Of a DNA stretch of 64,000 bases, positions 39,866 to 48,187 are shown one piece after another. The stretch is from an uncultured Nitrososphaerota archaeon (lineage in GTDB: Archaea > Thermoproteota > Nitrososphaeria > Nitrososphaerales > Nitrosopumilaceae). The stretch lies in assembly GCA_963701075.1 (NCBI GenBank), contig OY969559.1, positions 1,088,001 through 1,152,000 on the forward strand, in the 5' to 3' direction. The translations under genes and the position numbers were made by a program. The notes below the pieces were generated by a model. That model did not search any database and had not been told where the DNA came from. It saw only the letters and a list, made by a program, of their open reading frames with translations. Positions within the stretch are counted from its first letter, which is position 1, and the number at the start of each line of letters is the position of its first letter.

Positions 39866-40808
39866 ACTGAGCATATCTTTCCATGTAGCCTCCTTCTACA
39901 CTCTCTTTGAGATTTTTTGAGGCAAGTTTTAGGAATACGTCATTTAGGTCTGGCGTTCTAAACTCGACATATTCTGCCTCTAAATGTCGTAAAATATCAG
40001 GTATGTTGGCTCGTGCATTATCAACATACATGATTATCTCTCCGTTGACGAATTCAATTTTTCTAATGTAAATTAGTTTTTTAAGATTTTCTAAATCTGG
40101 ATAAAATTTTGGCTTGATCTTAACGATATCACCTCCTATCAATTTTTTTAGGTTTACAGGAGTATCGAGTGCTATTATCTTTCCTTGATCTATGATGCCT
40201 ATCCTGTCACATAGATGATCTGCCTCTTCCATGTAGTGAGTCGTAAGGATAAACGTCATATCCTCTTCTTTGACAAGCTTTTGAACATACTTCCACATCA
40301 TCTCCCTACTGCTTGGGTCAAGGCCAAGCGTTGGCTCGTCAAGAAACATCATCTTTGGTTTGTGCAAGAGACCGCGAGCTATCTCAAGACGTCTTCTCAT
40401 GCCGCCAGAGTATTTCTTGACCTCATCGTTCTGTCTGTCTGCAAGCCCGACAAGCTCTAACACAGACTGTATTCTCTTTTCCCTCTCGTATGCTGGAACA
40501 CTATAAAGAAATGCATGTATCTTCAGATTTTCATAACCTGTTAGCATATCGTCGCTGCTGGGGGCCTGAAATACGATTCCTATGGATGATCGTACTTTTC
40601 CTGGTTCAGTAATTATGTCATAACCGTTTACGATGGCAGTTCCTGATGTTGGTTTTAGCAAGGTTGCCAACATGTGGATGACCGTGGTCTTGCCTGCACC
40701 GTTTGGACCCAATAGTCCAAAGACCTCGCCCTTGTTTATCTCAAGATTTATGTTATCTACTACCGTGAGATTCTCGTACCTTTTTGTTAGGTTGCGTATC
40801 TTAATCAA
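39855..40808 (-). CDS. ABC-2 exporter ATP-binding protein (DrrA-like)
   Basis: GPNGAGKTT, YSGGMRRRLEIA, FLDEPTLGLD, LTTHYMEE. Confidence 0.92.
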   Translation of the reverse strand: MIKIRNLTKRYENLTVVDNINLEINKGEVFGLLGPNGAGKTTVIHMLATLLKPTSGTAIVNGYDIITEPGKVRSSIGIVFQAPSSDDMLTGYENLKIHAFLYSVPAYEREKRIQSVLELVGLADRQNDEVKKYSGGMRRRLEIARGLLHKPKMMFLDEPTLGLDPSSREMMWKYVQKLVKEEDMTFILTTHYMEEADHLCDRIGIIDQGKIIALDTPVNLKKLIGGDIVKIKPKFYPDLENLKKLIYIRKIEFVNGEIIMYVDNARANIPDILRHLEAEYVEFRTPDLNDVFLKLASKNLKESVEGGYMERYAQYGK

Positions 40809-40849
40809 ATGACATTGTTGATACACAGAGTAATATATCTAGAAGCATG

Positions 40850-40867
40850 CTTATCAGAAGTGAAAAT
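40850..40867. promoter_or_regulatory. Box A (CTTATCA-gaag-TGAAAAT)
   Basis: 11 nt from minus-strand ATATATTA, 42 nt from TTG 40808. Confidence 0.75.
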
Positions 40868-40896
40868 GATCTCTATTACAAAAAATAGATTGTGGG

Positions 40897-41409
40897 TTAT
40901 GCCGCTTTTGCTTGCGACGGTAACTCCTTTTTAGAAGATGTCTTTTTTGGTAGTTCTACCGTTAGAATGCCATTGTTTACGTTTGCTGTTATGGCTGACT
41001 CGACGATTTTTTCTGGGATTGTCAAGATGCGCTGGTATTTTAGAAAGGACCTCTCATTTCTGATGAATTCCTTTGACTTTTCTTCTTTTACATCCTTGTG
41101 TTCAGCTGATATCTCCACCTGTCTTCCTGACACATTTACCTTTACCTCATCGGTTGCAATTCCTGGCAAGTCTGCTGTGAGAACAAACTTGTCTCCCTTG
41201 TCAGCAATATCACAGCTTACGTCTCTTGGAAACTGACGCATGTAGCTTGGAAACATGTCATACATGTGGTCAAAATTCTCAAATGCCTGTGACCAGGTTG
41301 ATTCTATCTCTTTAAACCAAGGCATATCTGCCCATGGAGAATAGAGTGGTTCAAACCACGTATTGCGAACAGTTGCAGGAAGTCGTTTTTCGTTGGTGAC
41401 CTTTACCAT
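40897..41409 (-). CDS. Small heat shock protein (Hsp20)
   Basis: ADLPGI...ER...YQR...IPE.......A...NGILTVELPK; start reassigned to 41409. Confidence 0.9.
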   Translation of the reverse strand: MVKVTNEKRLPATVRNTWFEPLYSPWADMPWFKEIESTWSQAFENFDHMYDMFPSYMRQFPRDVSCDIADKGDKFVLTADLPGIATDEVKVNVSGRQVEISAEHKDVKEEKSKEFIRNERSFLKYQRILTIPEKIVESAITANVNNGILTVELPKKTSSKKELPSQAKAA

Positions 41410-41448
41410 GTGATCAAATATGCGTAAGAGGTTAAAAGCAATTTCATG

Positions 41449-41466
41449 ATTCTCATCTGTGATAAC
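41449..41466. promoter_or_regulatory. Box A (ATTCTCA-tctg-TGATAAC)
   Basis: 11 nt from minus-strand TTTTAA, 40 nt from ATG 41409. Confidence 0.8.
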
Positions 41467-41469
41467 TAT

Positions 41470-41487
41470 GTTATCAAAAATGAGTTT
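41470..41487. promoter_or_regulatory. Box A (GTTATCA-aaaa-TGAGTTT)
   Basis: 11 nt before TTAAAT, 41 nt before ATG 41528. Confidence 0.75.
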
Positions 41488-41527
41488 TGTCATCTTGCTT
41501 AAATTATAGAATTGACTTAACCTCTAC

Positions 41528-42862
41528 ATGCTAACCATGACAGATCGAAAAGAAATGTTTTCTGATATGGTATCAAATCAGACAAACCCGTTTTTTGACT
41601 GCTATTTTAGATGGCTTGATCTTTCCGTCAGATATGGCATTGCAGTTTTTGAGGCTTCAACAAAAGCAGCAGAATCGTTTTTCAATTTTAACAAGCCAAG
41701 GACTGAAAAATCCATTGAAAATGATATACGTTTATCGTTTGATGCCACCTTACAAGAATCTCTAAAGGAAGAAAGTTTTGCTAAAAGCCTTTCAGAATAC
41801 GTTGATGCATTTATACACATACAAACTGTTTTAGGGAGAAATGAGGCTTTTAGATATAGAGCAGGTCTTATTACGTATTATAATGACAGACTTGAATTTC
41901 TTCGAACTACGCTGTATCGTACTCCCTCTGAAACAATCAAGCTAAACAGCAATTTTGAGCTACTTCATTATATCTCATCGGAAAAAAAATACAAAACTCC
42001 TATACTCATAGTGGGGTCTCTTATCAACAGGTACTACATACTTGATCTGCTTCCGAAATTTAGCGTTGTAAGAAATCTCCTAAAACAGGGATTTGACGTG
42101 TATGCAACAGAATGGAGAACACCTTCGAATCTAGAATACGATATGACACTTGAGAATTACGCACGTGATTTTCTGGAAACTGCAATCGAGAAAGTGAAAG
42201 AGATGAGCGGTTCTGATAAAATCTCTCTTTTGGGTTACTGTTGGGGTGGAATATTTGCTCTGATATACTCTACAATTTATCCCGAAAATGTAAAAAATCT
42301 GATTCTACATTCGACACCCATTGATTCTGCAGCAAATCCGACTCCAGTTGAGATCTGGACCTCTCACTTGAATGTAGATAGGGATCTGGATGTCATGAGA
42401 AACATGCCTGGTTCCTTTGTCAACTTTGCCTTCTTGATGCGAAATCCGCTTGAGCCCATTTTAAAGTGGCCAAGATTTTTCAGTGAACCAAGGAGCATTG
42501 ATGAAATAATGCAGTTCATTGCAGTGGAGACATGGCTACATGACGGCAGACCAATAATAGGCGGTGTCTACAAAAAGTTGGTAAAGGACATTTATCAGAA
42601 AAACTTGCTAATAAAAAACAAAATGGAGGTTGGTGGCAAACTAGTAGACCTTCGAAAGATAACAATGCCTGTTTTGAATATAATTGCAACACACGATGAT
42701 CTAGTCCCTCCAGAATCTAGCAAATCCGTAATGAATGTCATACCTAGTACTGACAAACAACTGATTGAATTCCCTTCAGGGCACACTGGAATATGCATGA
42801 GTACACGTGCCCATGAGCAATTATGGCCTCAGGTGGGAAAATGGCTCTCTGAGCGTTCCTGA
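41528..42862 (+). CDS. phaC: Class III-like polyhydroxyalkanoate synthase PhaC with N-terminal extension
   Basis: TPILIVGSLINRYYILDL, lipase box GYCWGG, HDDLVP (Asp), GHTG (His). Confidence 0.85.
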   Translation: MLTMTDRKEMFSDMVSNQTNPFFDCYFRWLDLSVRYGIAVFEASTKAAESFFNFNKPRTEKSIENDIRLSFDATLQESLKEESFAKSLSEYVDAFIHIQTVLGRNEAFRYRAGLITYYNDRLEFLRTTLYRTPSETIKLNSNFELLHYISSEKKYKTPILIVGSLINRYYILDLLPKFSVVRNLLKQGFDVYATEWRTPSNLEYDMTLENYARDFLETAIEKVKEMSGSDKISLLGYCWGGIFALIYSTIYPENVKNLILHSTPIDSAANPTPVEIWTSHLNVDRDLDVMRNMPGSFVNFAFLMRNPLEPILKWPRFFSEPRSIDEIMQFIAVETWLHDGRPIIGGVYKKLVKDIYQKNLLIKNKMEVGGKLVDLRKITMPVLNIIATHDDLVPPESSKSVMNVIPSTDKQLIEFPSGHTGICMSTRAHEQLWPQVGKWLSERS

Positions 42863-42921
42863 TTCATGCCATGATCTTATATTTGAAATTGCATTATAAA
42901 AAACAAGAAAAATCAGAAAGT

Positions 42922-43041
42922 TCAGTCTTTGTGTAGGTGTTTTCCCAGTCTGCAACTAGAACAAATGTATTTTCCATCTTTATCCTCTTTGAAAAGTTGA
43001 GATGGGCAATCACATTCCACGCATTGACATTTTTCAGCCAT
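42922..43041 (-). CDS. Cys/His-rich microprotein (39 aa)
   Basis: Hand-translated MAEKCQCVECDCPSQLFKEDKDGKYICSSCRLGKHLHKD; ATG 1 nt after upstream stop. Confidence 0.6.
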   Translation of the reverse strand: MAEKCQCVECDCPSQLFKEDKDGKYICSSCRLGKHLHKD

Positions 43042-43042
43042 T

Positions 43043-43189
43043 TTAGTCCATTAATTCTTCGTCTTCTTCGTCAACTTCGTATTGACTTTTAAGCTCGAGT
43101 TGGTGAGCTTCTTCTTTCATCTCTTCTTGCTCAAATGCTTTCTTCTCTTTCTCTTCTTCTTTCTTCTCTTTCTTTTCTTTTTTAGCCAT
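43043..43189 (-). CDS. Highly charged microprotein (48 aa)
   Basis: MAKKEKKEKKEEEKEKKAFEQEEMKEEAHQLELKSQYEVDEEDEELMD; ATG 40 nt from box A. Confidence 0.6.
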   Translation of the reverse strand: MAKKEKKEKKEEEKEKKAFEQEEMKEEAHQLELKSQYEVDEEDEELMD

Positions 43190-43228
43190 AGTATGCAACT
43201 ACATACTTGAGATATTATATATGTGCAG

Positions 43229-43246
43229 ATTATCAAAATTGAGATT
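43229..43246. promoter_or_regulatory. Box A (ATTATCA-aaat-TGAGATT), divergent
   Basis: 40 nt from ATG 43189 and 43 nt from ATG 43289. Confidence 0.8.
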
Positions 43247-43288
43247 TTCGTCTATTCTTTATTATGGATGAAATCAATCGAATTTCGA

Positions 43289-43915
43289 ATGACAAGTCAA
43301 TATGTATGGATTGGGATTATTGTGGGCGTGTTTTTTGCTGGTTTAGGTATAGGATATGTAGTTTTTACAACGATAACGCCTAGCTATGTGATACAGAACC
43401 CTCAAGTACTCAACCAGATGATGTCTGCTAATCCTCAAGCAATGAACGACTGGATCAACACGATGATGAATAATCCTAATTTTATGAATACATTGATGAC
43501 TAGCATGATGAAAAATCCTCAATTTCAACAACAATACATGGGTCCTTGGATTACGGTACAAAGCCCATACTTTATGCAACATATGATGAACCAGTTATCA
43601 ATACCGCAGAACCAGAGCGCAAAATATGCTTATCCTATAGTTAAAACTGACCAGGTCTCAATAGTAAGTGGGGCATGGCAAATCAATACTACGCAGTCAT
43701 ATTCTCCTACCATAATCCAGACAAGCACTGGAACAACTGTTACTTGGACAAACAATGACAATGTGGTACACACTGTAACTGACGTTGGAGGAACCTTTGA
43801 TTCACATTTGATTCTGCCAAACACTACTTGGAAATATACTTTCAATGATGCGGGAAAATACAACTACTTTTGTACTCTACATCCTTGGATGAAAGGCATA
43901 GTCATAGTATCATAG
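43289..43915 (+). CDS. Membrane-anchored cupredoxin with Met-rich linker
   Basis: TM helix; MM-rich repeats; WTNNDNVVHTV...YFCTLHPWM. Confidence 0.88.
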   Translation: MTSQYVWIGIIVGVFFAGLGIGYVVFTTITPSYVIQNPQVLNQMMSANPQAMNDWINTMMNNPNFMNTLMTSMMKNPQFQQQYMGPWITVQSPYFMQHMMNQLSIPQNQSAKYAYPIVKTDQVSIVSGAWQINTTQSYSPTIIQTSTGTTVTWTNNDNVVHTVTDVGGTFDSHLILPNTTWKYTFNDAGKYNYFCTLHPWMKGIVIVS

Positions 43916-43939
43916 TCTCAAAAATTACGTAGAATTTTT

Positions 43940-43957
43940 GTTACCAGTAATGATAAT
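43940..43957. promoter_or_regulatory. Box A (GTTACCA-gtaa-TGATAAT)
   Basis: 11 nt before TTTAAT, 39 nt before ATG 43996. Confidence 0.8.
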
Positions 43958-43995
43958 CTGGTTTTGAATTTAATACCGTTGCGAACTTATTTTTG

Positions 43996-44778
43996 ATGGT
44001 ATTGAAAACCATTGAGTCCAAAGTTGCAGATTACATGAGTCCAGGTCCTCTAACAATTCAACAAAGTGACAGTTTGATAAACGCCATTGATCTAATGGCC
44101 GATAAAGGAATAGGAAACCTCATAGTAAAAAACAAACATGCGATAGGCATTCTTACAGAAAGAGAGATTCTTGAACATCTAGTATCTAAAAAAAAGATTG
44201 GTGGTGCCAAAATATCTGATATTTCCTTGAGTGCATTTGCCATAGTGAGTCCAGAAACTAGTGTAATAGATGCTGCAAGGGTGATGATGAGAAAAAAGAC
44301 ACGGCTGCTAGTGTATGAAGACAAAAAATTGGTTGGAATCATTACTGCAACCGATATGGTTCGAGCTTTCAGACGCACTCGTAGTAATCCTAAACTTGGG
44401 AAAGTGGTTAGCAATGATCTCTATATGGTGAAAGATGCCGATGATATCTTCAAAGCTGTAAAAATGATGTATGATAAAAAAATTGGAAGTGTCATAGTTA
44501 CAAAGCACAATATTCCATATGGGATTTTTACCGAGAGGGACCTTCTAGTTAATGTCCTATCCTATGATGCAGATTTGAGAAATCCAGTGGTTGGTTACTG
44601 TTCATATCCACTTGTTACGACAGAACTTGGAATAGGAGGAAGTGATGCAGCGATGATAATGGCTAAAAATAAAATAAAGAGATTAGTTTTAACAAAAAAT
44701 GATAAGGTAACATCTATTGTAACTGCAAGAGATATTGTAGATGCATTTCAGTCTAGCTTCTCAGATGAGAATCTTTGA
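43996..44778 (+). CDS. 4xCBS protein
   Basis: Four CBS repeats; paralog of 46006-46782. Confidence 0.9.
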   Translation: MVLKTIESKVADYMSPGPLTIQQSDSLINAIDLMADKGIGNLIVKNKHAIGILTEREILEHLVSKKKIGGAKISDISLSAFAIVSPETSVIDAARVMMRKKTRLLVYEDKKLVGIITATDMVRAFRRTRSNPKLGKVVSNDLYMVKDADDIFKAVKMMYDKKIGSVIVTKHNIPYGIFTERDLLVNVLSYDADLRNPVVGYCSYPLVTTELGIGGSDAAMIMAKNKIKRLVLTKNDKVTSIVTARDIVDAFQSSFSDENL

Positions 44779-44787
44779 AAGTAGATA

Positions 44788-45960
44788 TCACGCTTCAAGA
44801 TGAGTGCTAGTTTTCCTTAAACTTTGAAAATATTTTTGCCTCTCACTTGCCAACTCTATAATGTCAGTTTTGCTTATGACTCCCAATAGTTTGCCGTCCT
44901 TAGTACACACAAAGACTTTGCCGACACCCTTTTTCACCATCTCCAGAAAAGCTTTCTCTACTTCTGCCTCTGGAAATACGACTGCTAGATAGTTTATTGA
45001 TAACATGATATTTGTCACCTTTGCAATTTCTCGCTGATTTTCCGGTACGGCTAGTATTCCCTTTAGTGTAATCATTCCTAAGAGATGGTCCTGTTCATCT
45101 GTTACAGGAAGCTCGCTTTTCATACTGGTCATAAAAAAATTCTTTAGAACAAAATCTACGGACGCGTTTTGCTTTACTGATATTATTCTAGTATTCATAA
45201 TGTTGTTTACTCTGATGCCCCTGAGTGCAGTTGTTAACTCAAATTGCGACATGTAAGACTGTGCCCCTGAATGTACGAACCAACCTATGAGAACAATCCA
45301 CAAGCCTCCGATAAAATCGCCTCCAAGAAGTGTAATGAACCCAAATCCCATGAAAATATACGATATCACCACTCCGATTGTTGTGGCAACCTTTGTTGCT
45401 TCATGATAATCCTTTTTCCATCTTACTAATGCTGCTCTTAACACCCTTCCTCCATCAAGAGGAAATGCTGGAATTAGATTGAATACTCCCAGCATGAGAT
45501 TGGCAATTGCGTCATAGAACAGTATTCCTTTTGCCTGAAGATAGAACGCATTACTTGAACCTGACATACTTGAATCCAACCAAAGGAAAATGGCAAAAAT
45601 TGCAGCAAGTCCAAAACTAGCAAGTGGCCCGGCAATGGACATCTTGAACTCTTGATGAAAGTCGCTTGGTTCCTTTGCAATGTCTGATACCCCTCCAAAA
45701 ATAAATAGCGTGATACTTTTGACTGGAATGTTGTATCTTGTAGCAATCATGGAATGCGCCAACTCGTGTAACAGGATTGAGAAAAACAAGAGTCCAGTCC
45801 CTATGGAACCCATGAGCCAGTAATCTGATGGTGTAAGACCCTTCACATAGTCTGGCATAAAATATGTCGAAAGAGTCCAGTCTATTAGAAAGAACGTGAT
45901 AATTAGCGTAAAGTGTAATCGAATGCGGATGCCTTTGATGTGGCCTAATTGAAGAGACAT
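44788..45960 (-). CDS. Site-2 protease (M50) with C-terminal CBS pair
   Basis: HELAH, LFIFGGV, AGP, FNLIPAFPLDGGR, then CBS pair. Confidence 0.92.
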   Translation of the reverse strand: MSLQLGHIKGIRIRLHFTLIITFFLIDWTLSTYFMPDYVKGLTPSDYWLMGSIGTGLLFFSILLHELAHSMIATRYNIPVKSITLFIFGGVSDIAKEPSDFHQEFKMSIAGPLASFGLAAIFAIFLWLDSSMSGSSNAFYLQAKGILFYDAIANLMLGVFNLIPAFPLDGGRVLRAALVRWKKDYHEATKVATTIGVVISYIFMGFGFITLLGGDFIGGLWIVLIGWFVHSGAQSYMSQFELTTALRGIRVNNIMNTRIISVKQNASVDFVLKNFFMTSMKSELPVTDEQDHLLGMITLKGILAVPENQREIAKVTNIMLSINYLAVVFPEAEVEKAFLEMVKKGVGKVFVCTKDGKLLGVISKTDIIELASERQKYFQSLRKTSTHLEA

Positions 45961-46005
45961 GAAATCATCTAGATATTATCATTGAGATTTTGAATTTGAG
46001 GGATA

Positions 46006-46782
46006 TCAAGTCGTCTCCATCTGATATGCATCTACGATATCTCTTGCGGTAACGATTCCAACAAGTGCGCCATTATCTGTCAATCCCAGTCTTTTAATGT
46101 TTTTAGATGCCATGATACTTGCAGCCTCGTTTGCCAAAATTCCACTCTTGGCTGTAACAAGTGGAAATGTGGAATAAGGTCCTACCTTGCTTTCCAAGTC
46201 AACTCCTTTTGCAAGGGTTCTTACAAGATCTCGCTGTGTAAATATTCCATATGACGAATTCCTTTCTACAAGTATGGCGCCAATGTGTTTTTCGTCGAGA
46301 AGCTTTGCGGCATCTAATATAGTAGTGTCATATGGACAGTGGTAGACCTTTGTGCTGATGACCTTGTCCAAGCTTGGGGCTTTGTCTGTTTCTCTAAATG
46401 CCCTGAGCATATCTGATGCCGTGATGGTTCCAACAAGTTTGTCCCCATCGGCAAATACGAGTACCCTTGACTTTTTGGATATCATTAATCTTGCAGCCTC
46501 CACGACTGTGGTATCTGGTGTGACAGAAACGAACGGCTTGATGAAAACTTCCTTTACCCTTTGGTCCATGCTCTTTTCTCCCGATACGACATGCCTAAGG
46601 ATCTCTCTTTCTGTTAATATGCCGCGAGGCATTGTACTTTTTTCATCCATCACAATTAATGTGGCAAAACCTTCGTCTGCCATAAAGTTAATCACAGTAT
46701 TGAAAGGAACATCAGATTTAACTGAGATTGGATACTCTGACATGTAATTGCCAACAAGAAGATCTTTTACGTTTAATCCCAT
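46006..46782 (-). CDS. 4xCBS protein
   Basis: Four CBS repeats (GILTERE, GTITASD, GIFTQRD, GIVTARD). Confidence 0.9.
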   Translation of the reverse strand: MGLNVKDLLVGNYMSEYPISVKSDVPFNTVINFMADEGFATLIVMDEKSTMPRGILTEREILRHVVSGEKSMDQRVKEVFIKPFVSVTPDTTVVEAARLMISKKSRVLVFADGDKLVGTITASDMLRAFRETDKAPSLDKVISTKVYHCPYDTTILDAAKLLDEKHIGAILVERNSSYGIFTQRDLVRTLAKGVDLESKVGPYSTFPLVTAKSGILANEAASIMASKNIKRLGLTDNGALVGIVTARDIVDAYQMETT

Positions 46783-46825
46783 GAATGTACTTTCCTCAGC
46801 TGGGTATATTTGATTTGAGTATTCT

Positions 46826-46843
46826 GATATCAGAGATGATAAC
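46826..46843. promoter_or_regulatory. Box A (GATATCA-gaga-TGATAAC)
   Basis: 44 nt from ATG 46782; also 11 nt before plus-strand TTTTTATA. Confidence 0.75.
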
Positions 46844-46878
46844 TACCTGAGTCATTTTTATACTAAAAATACTGCATA

Positions 46879-46896
46879 CATCTCAGATCTGATAAT
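46879..46896. promoter_or_regulatory. Box A (CATCTCA-gatc-TGATAAT)
   Basis: Second site in the same intergenic region. Confidence 0.65.
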
Positions 46897-47005
46897 CTAA
46901 AACTGAGAGCCGAAGACATGTAACTTCTAACCCTTCTCTGTTAGTTGAGGTTTTATGGTCCAATTTCTTTTTGGAGTTATAGGGACACCAACAGCTTGGC
47001 AATAT

Positions 47006-47023
47006 CTTTTCACGCCTGATAAT
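47006..47023. promoter_or_regulatory. Box A (CTTTTCA-cgcc-TGATAAT)
   Basis: 45 nt before ATG 47068. Confidence 0.65.
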
Positions 47024-47067
47024 CGGGGATCTAACTAATATCTTTACAAATACGATATTGATACTAG

Positions 47068-47463
47068 ATGCCCATATCGAAAAGCTTGGAATACCGTTTT
47101 GCCGCAGAGTTGTCGTTAATTTCAGGCATTATCATACTTGGTGCATCCATCTTGTACCTTCAACACGTTACATTTTTCCCTGATATGAGGTGGATGATGG
47201 GCCCTCAACTCCTAGGTCACGTTTTCATCACAAACGTAGTTGGCATTGTAAGTGGAACCATGGTAATTATTGCAGGAATTATGATCTATGTTCAACCTGT
47301 TCACATTAGAAAATGGGGAGTAATGGCATGGGTTTTTGCCAGCATAAGCTTCTTTGGAATAGGTGGTTTTTTCATAGGTGGAATATTAGGAATAATAGGA
47401 GGATTGCTAGCAGTGACTAAAGGTATTACATTCTTTGGTTTCAAGTCTAAAGGCAAAAAATAA
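47068..47463 (+). CDS. Small hypothetical membrane protein
   Basis: 3-4 TM helices, GGFFIGGILGIIGGLLA. Confidence 0.7.
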   Translation: MPISKSLEYRFAAELSLISGIIILGASILYLQHVTFFPDMRWMMGPQLLGHVFITNVVGIVSGTMVIIAGIMIYVQPVHIRKWGVMAWVFASISFFGIGGFFIGGILGIIGGLLAVTKGITFFGFKSKGKK

Positions 47464-47595
47464 CCTCGTGCTAAAACGTAGCATGAAAAATTATAATTTC
47501 TAGTATCTCATGCCAAAAAACATTCTATGGATCTTCTAGTTATAGGCTAGTAAGTGATGATTGAATTTTAATTTTGATAATCAATAGGCACCTTC

Positions 47596-47613
47596 AATAC
47601 CAGATTTGATATT
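47596..47613. promoter_or_regulatory. Box A (AATACCA-gatt-TGATATT); weaker second site at 47564-47581
   Basis: 11 nt before TTTAAT, 42 nt before ATG 47655. Confidence 0.75.
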
Positions 47614-47654
47614 CAACAATTGCCTTTAATAAAATCAAACATCCATTGTCTGCT

Positions 47655-48101
47655 ATGACAAATGCAAAGATTTCAAACATTGTCGTTGCCATCGATGGTT
47701 CTGATCCATCTAGAAAGGCGGCAGATTATGCCGTATCTATGGCAAAGGAAAAAGATGCCAAGGTATCTGCAGTTGCTGTGGTGAAGATTCACCAGTCAGA
47801 CGCATTCAGAGGATCCTCTCAAACACTTCATAAGTTTGTTAACAAACAAGTTAGCATTGCAGATGGGTGGTTGGGTTCCATAAGAAAAGATGCCGATAAG
47901 AACAACGTCAAGTTTGAATCACGAGTAATCAAGACAACAACAAGCATTCCAGAAGAGATCATCAAGTACGCTAAAGACAAAAAATCTGATCTCATAGTTA
48001 TGGGAACTCGAGGTAGAACGGGATTTAAGAAGATGCTACTTGGCAGTGTAGCCTCGGCAGTAGTTACTCATGCTGGATGTACAGTAATGGTAGTAAGATA
48101 A
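47655..48101 (+). CDS. Universal stress protein
   Basis: IVVAIDGS...DLIVMGTRGRTGFKKMLLGSVA. Confidence 0.93.
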   Translation: MTNAKISNIVVAIDGSDPSRKAADYAVSMAKEKDAKVSAVAVVKIHQSDAFRGSSQTLHKFVNKQVSIADGWLGSIRKDADKNNVKFESRVIKTTTSIPEEIIKYAKDKKSDLIVMGTRGRTGFKKMLLGSVASAVVTHAGCTVMVVR

Positions 48102-48187
48102 AGATCAAATGACAATATCTTATTACTATTTCATTTTTACTTTAGGATGAATTATAATGTAAAACAAACTCAAAACGGTGTACGTTC

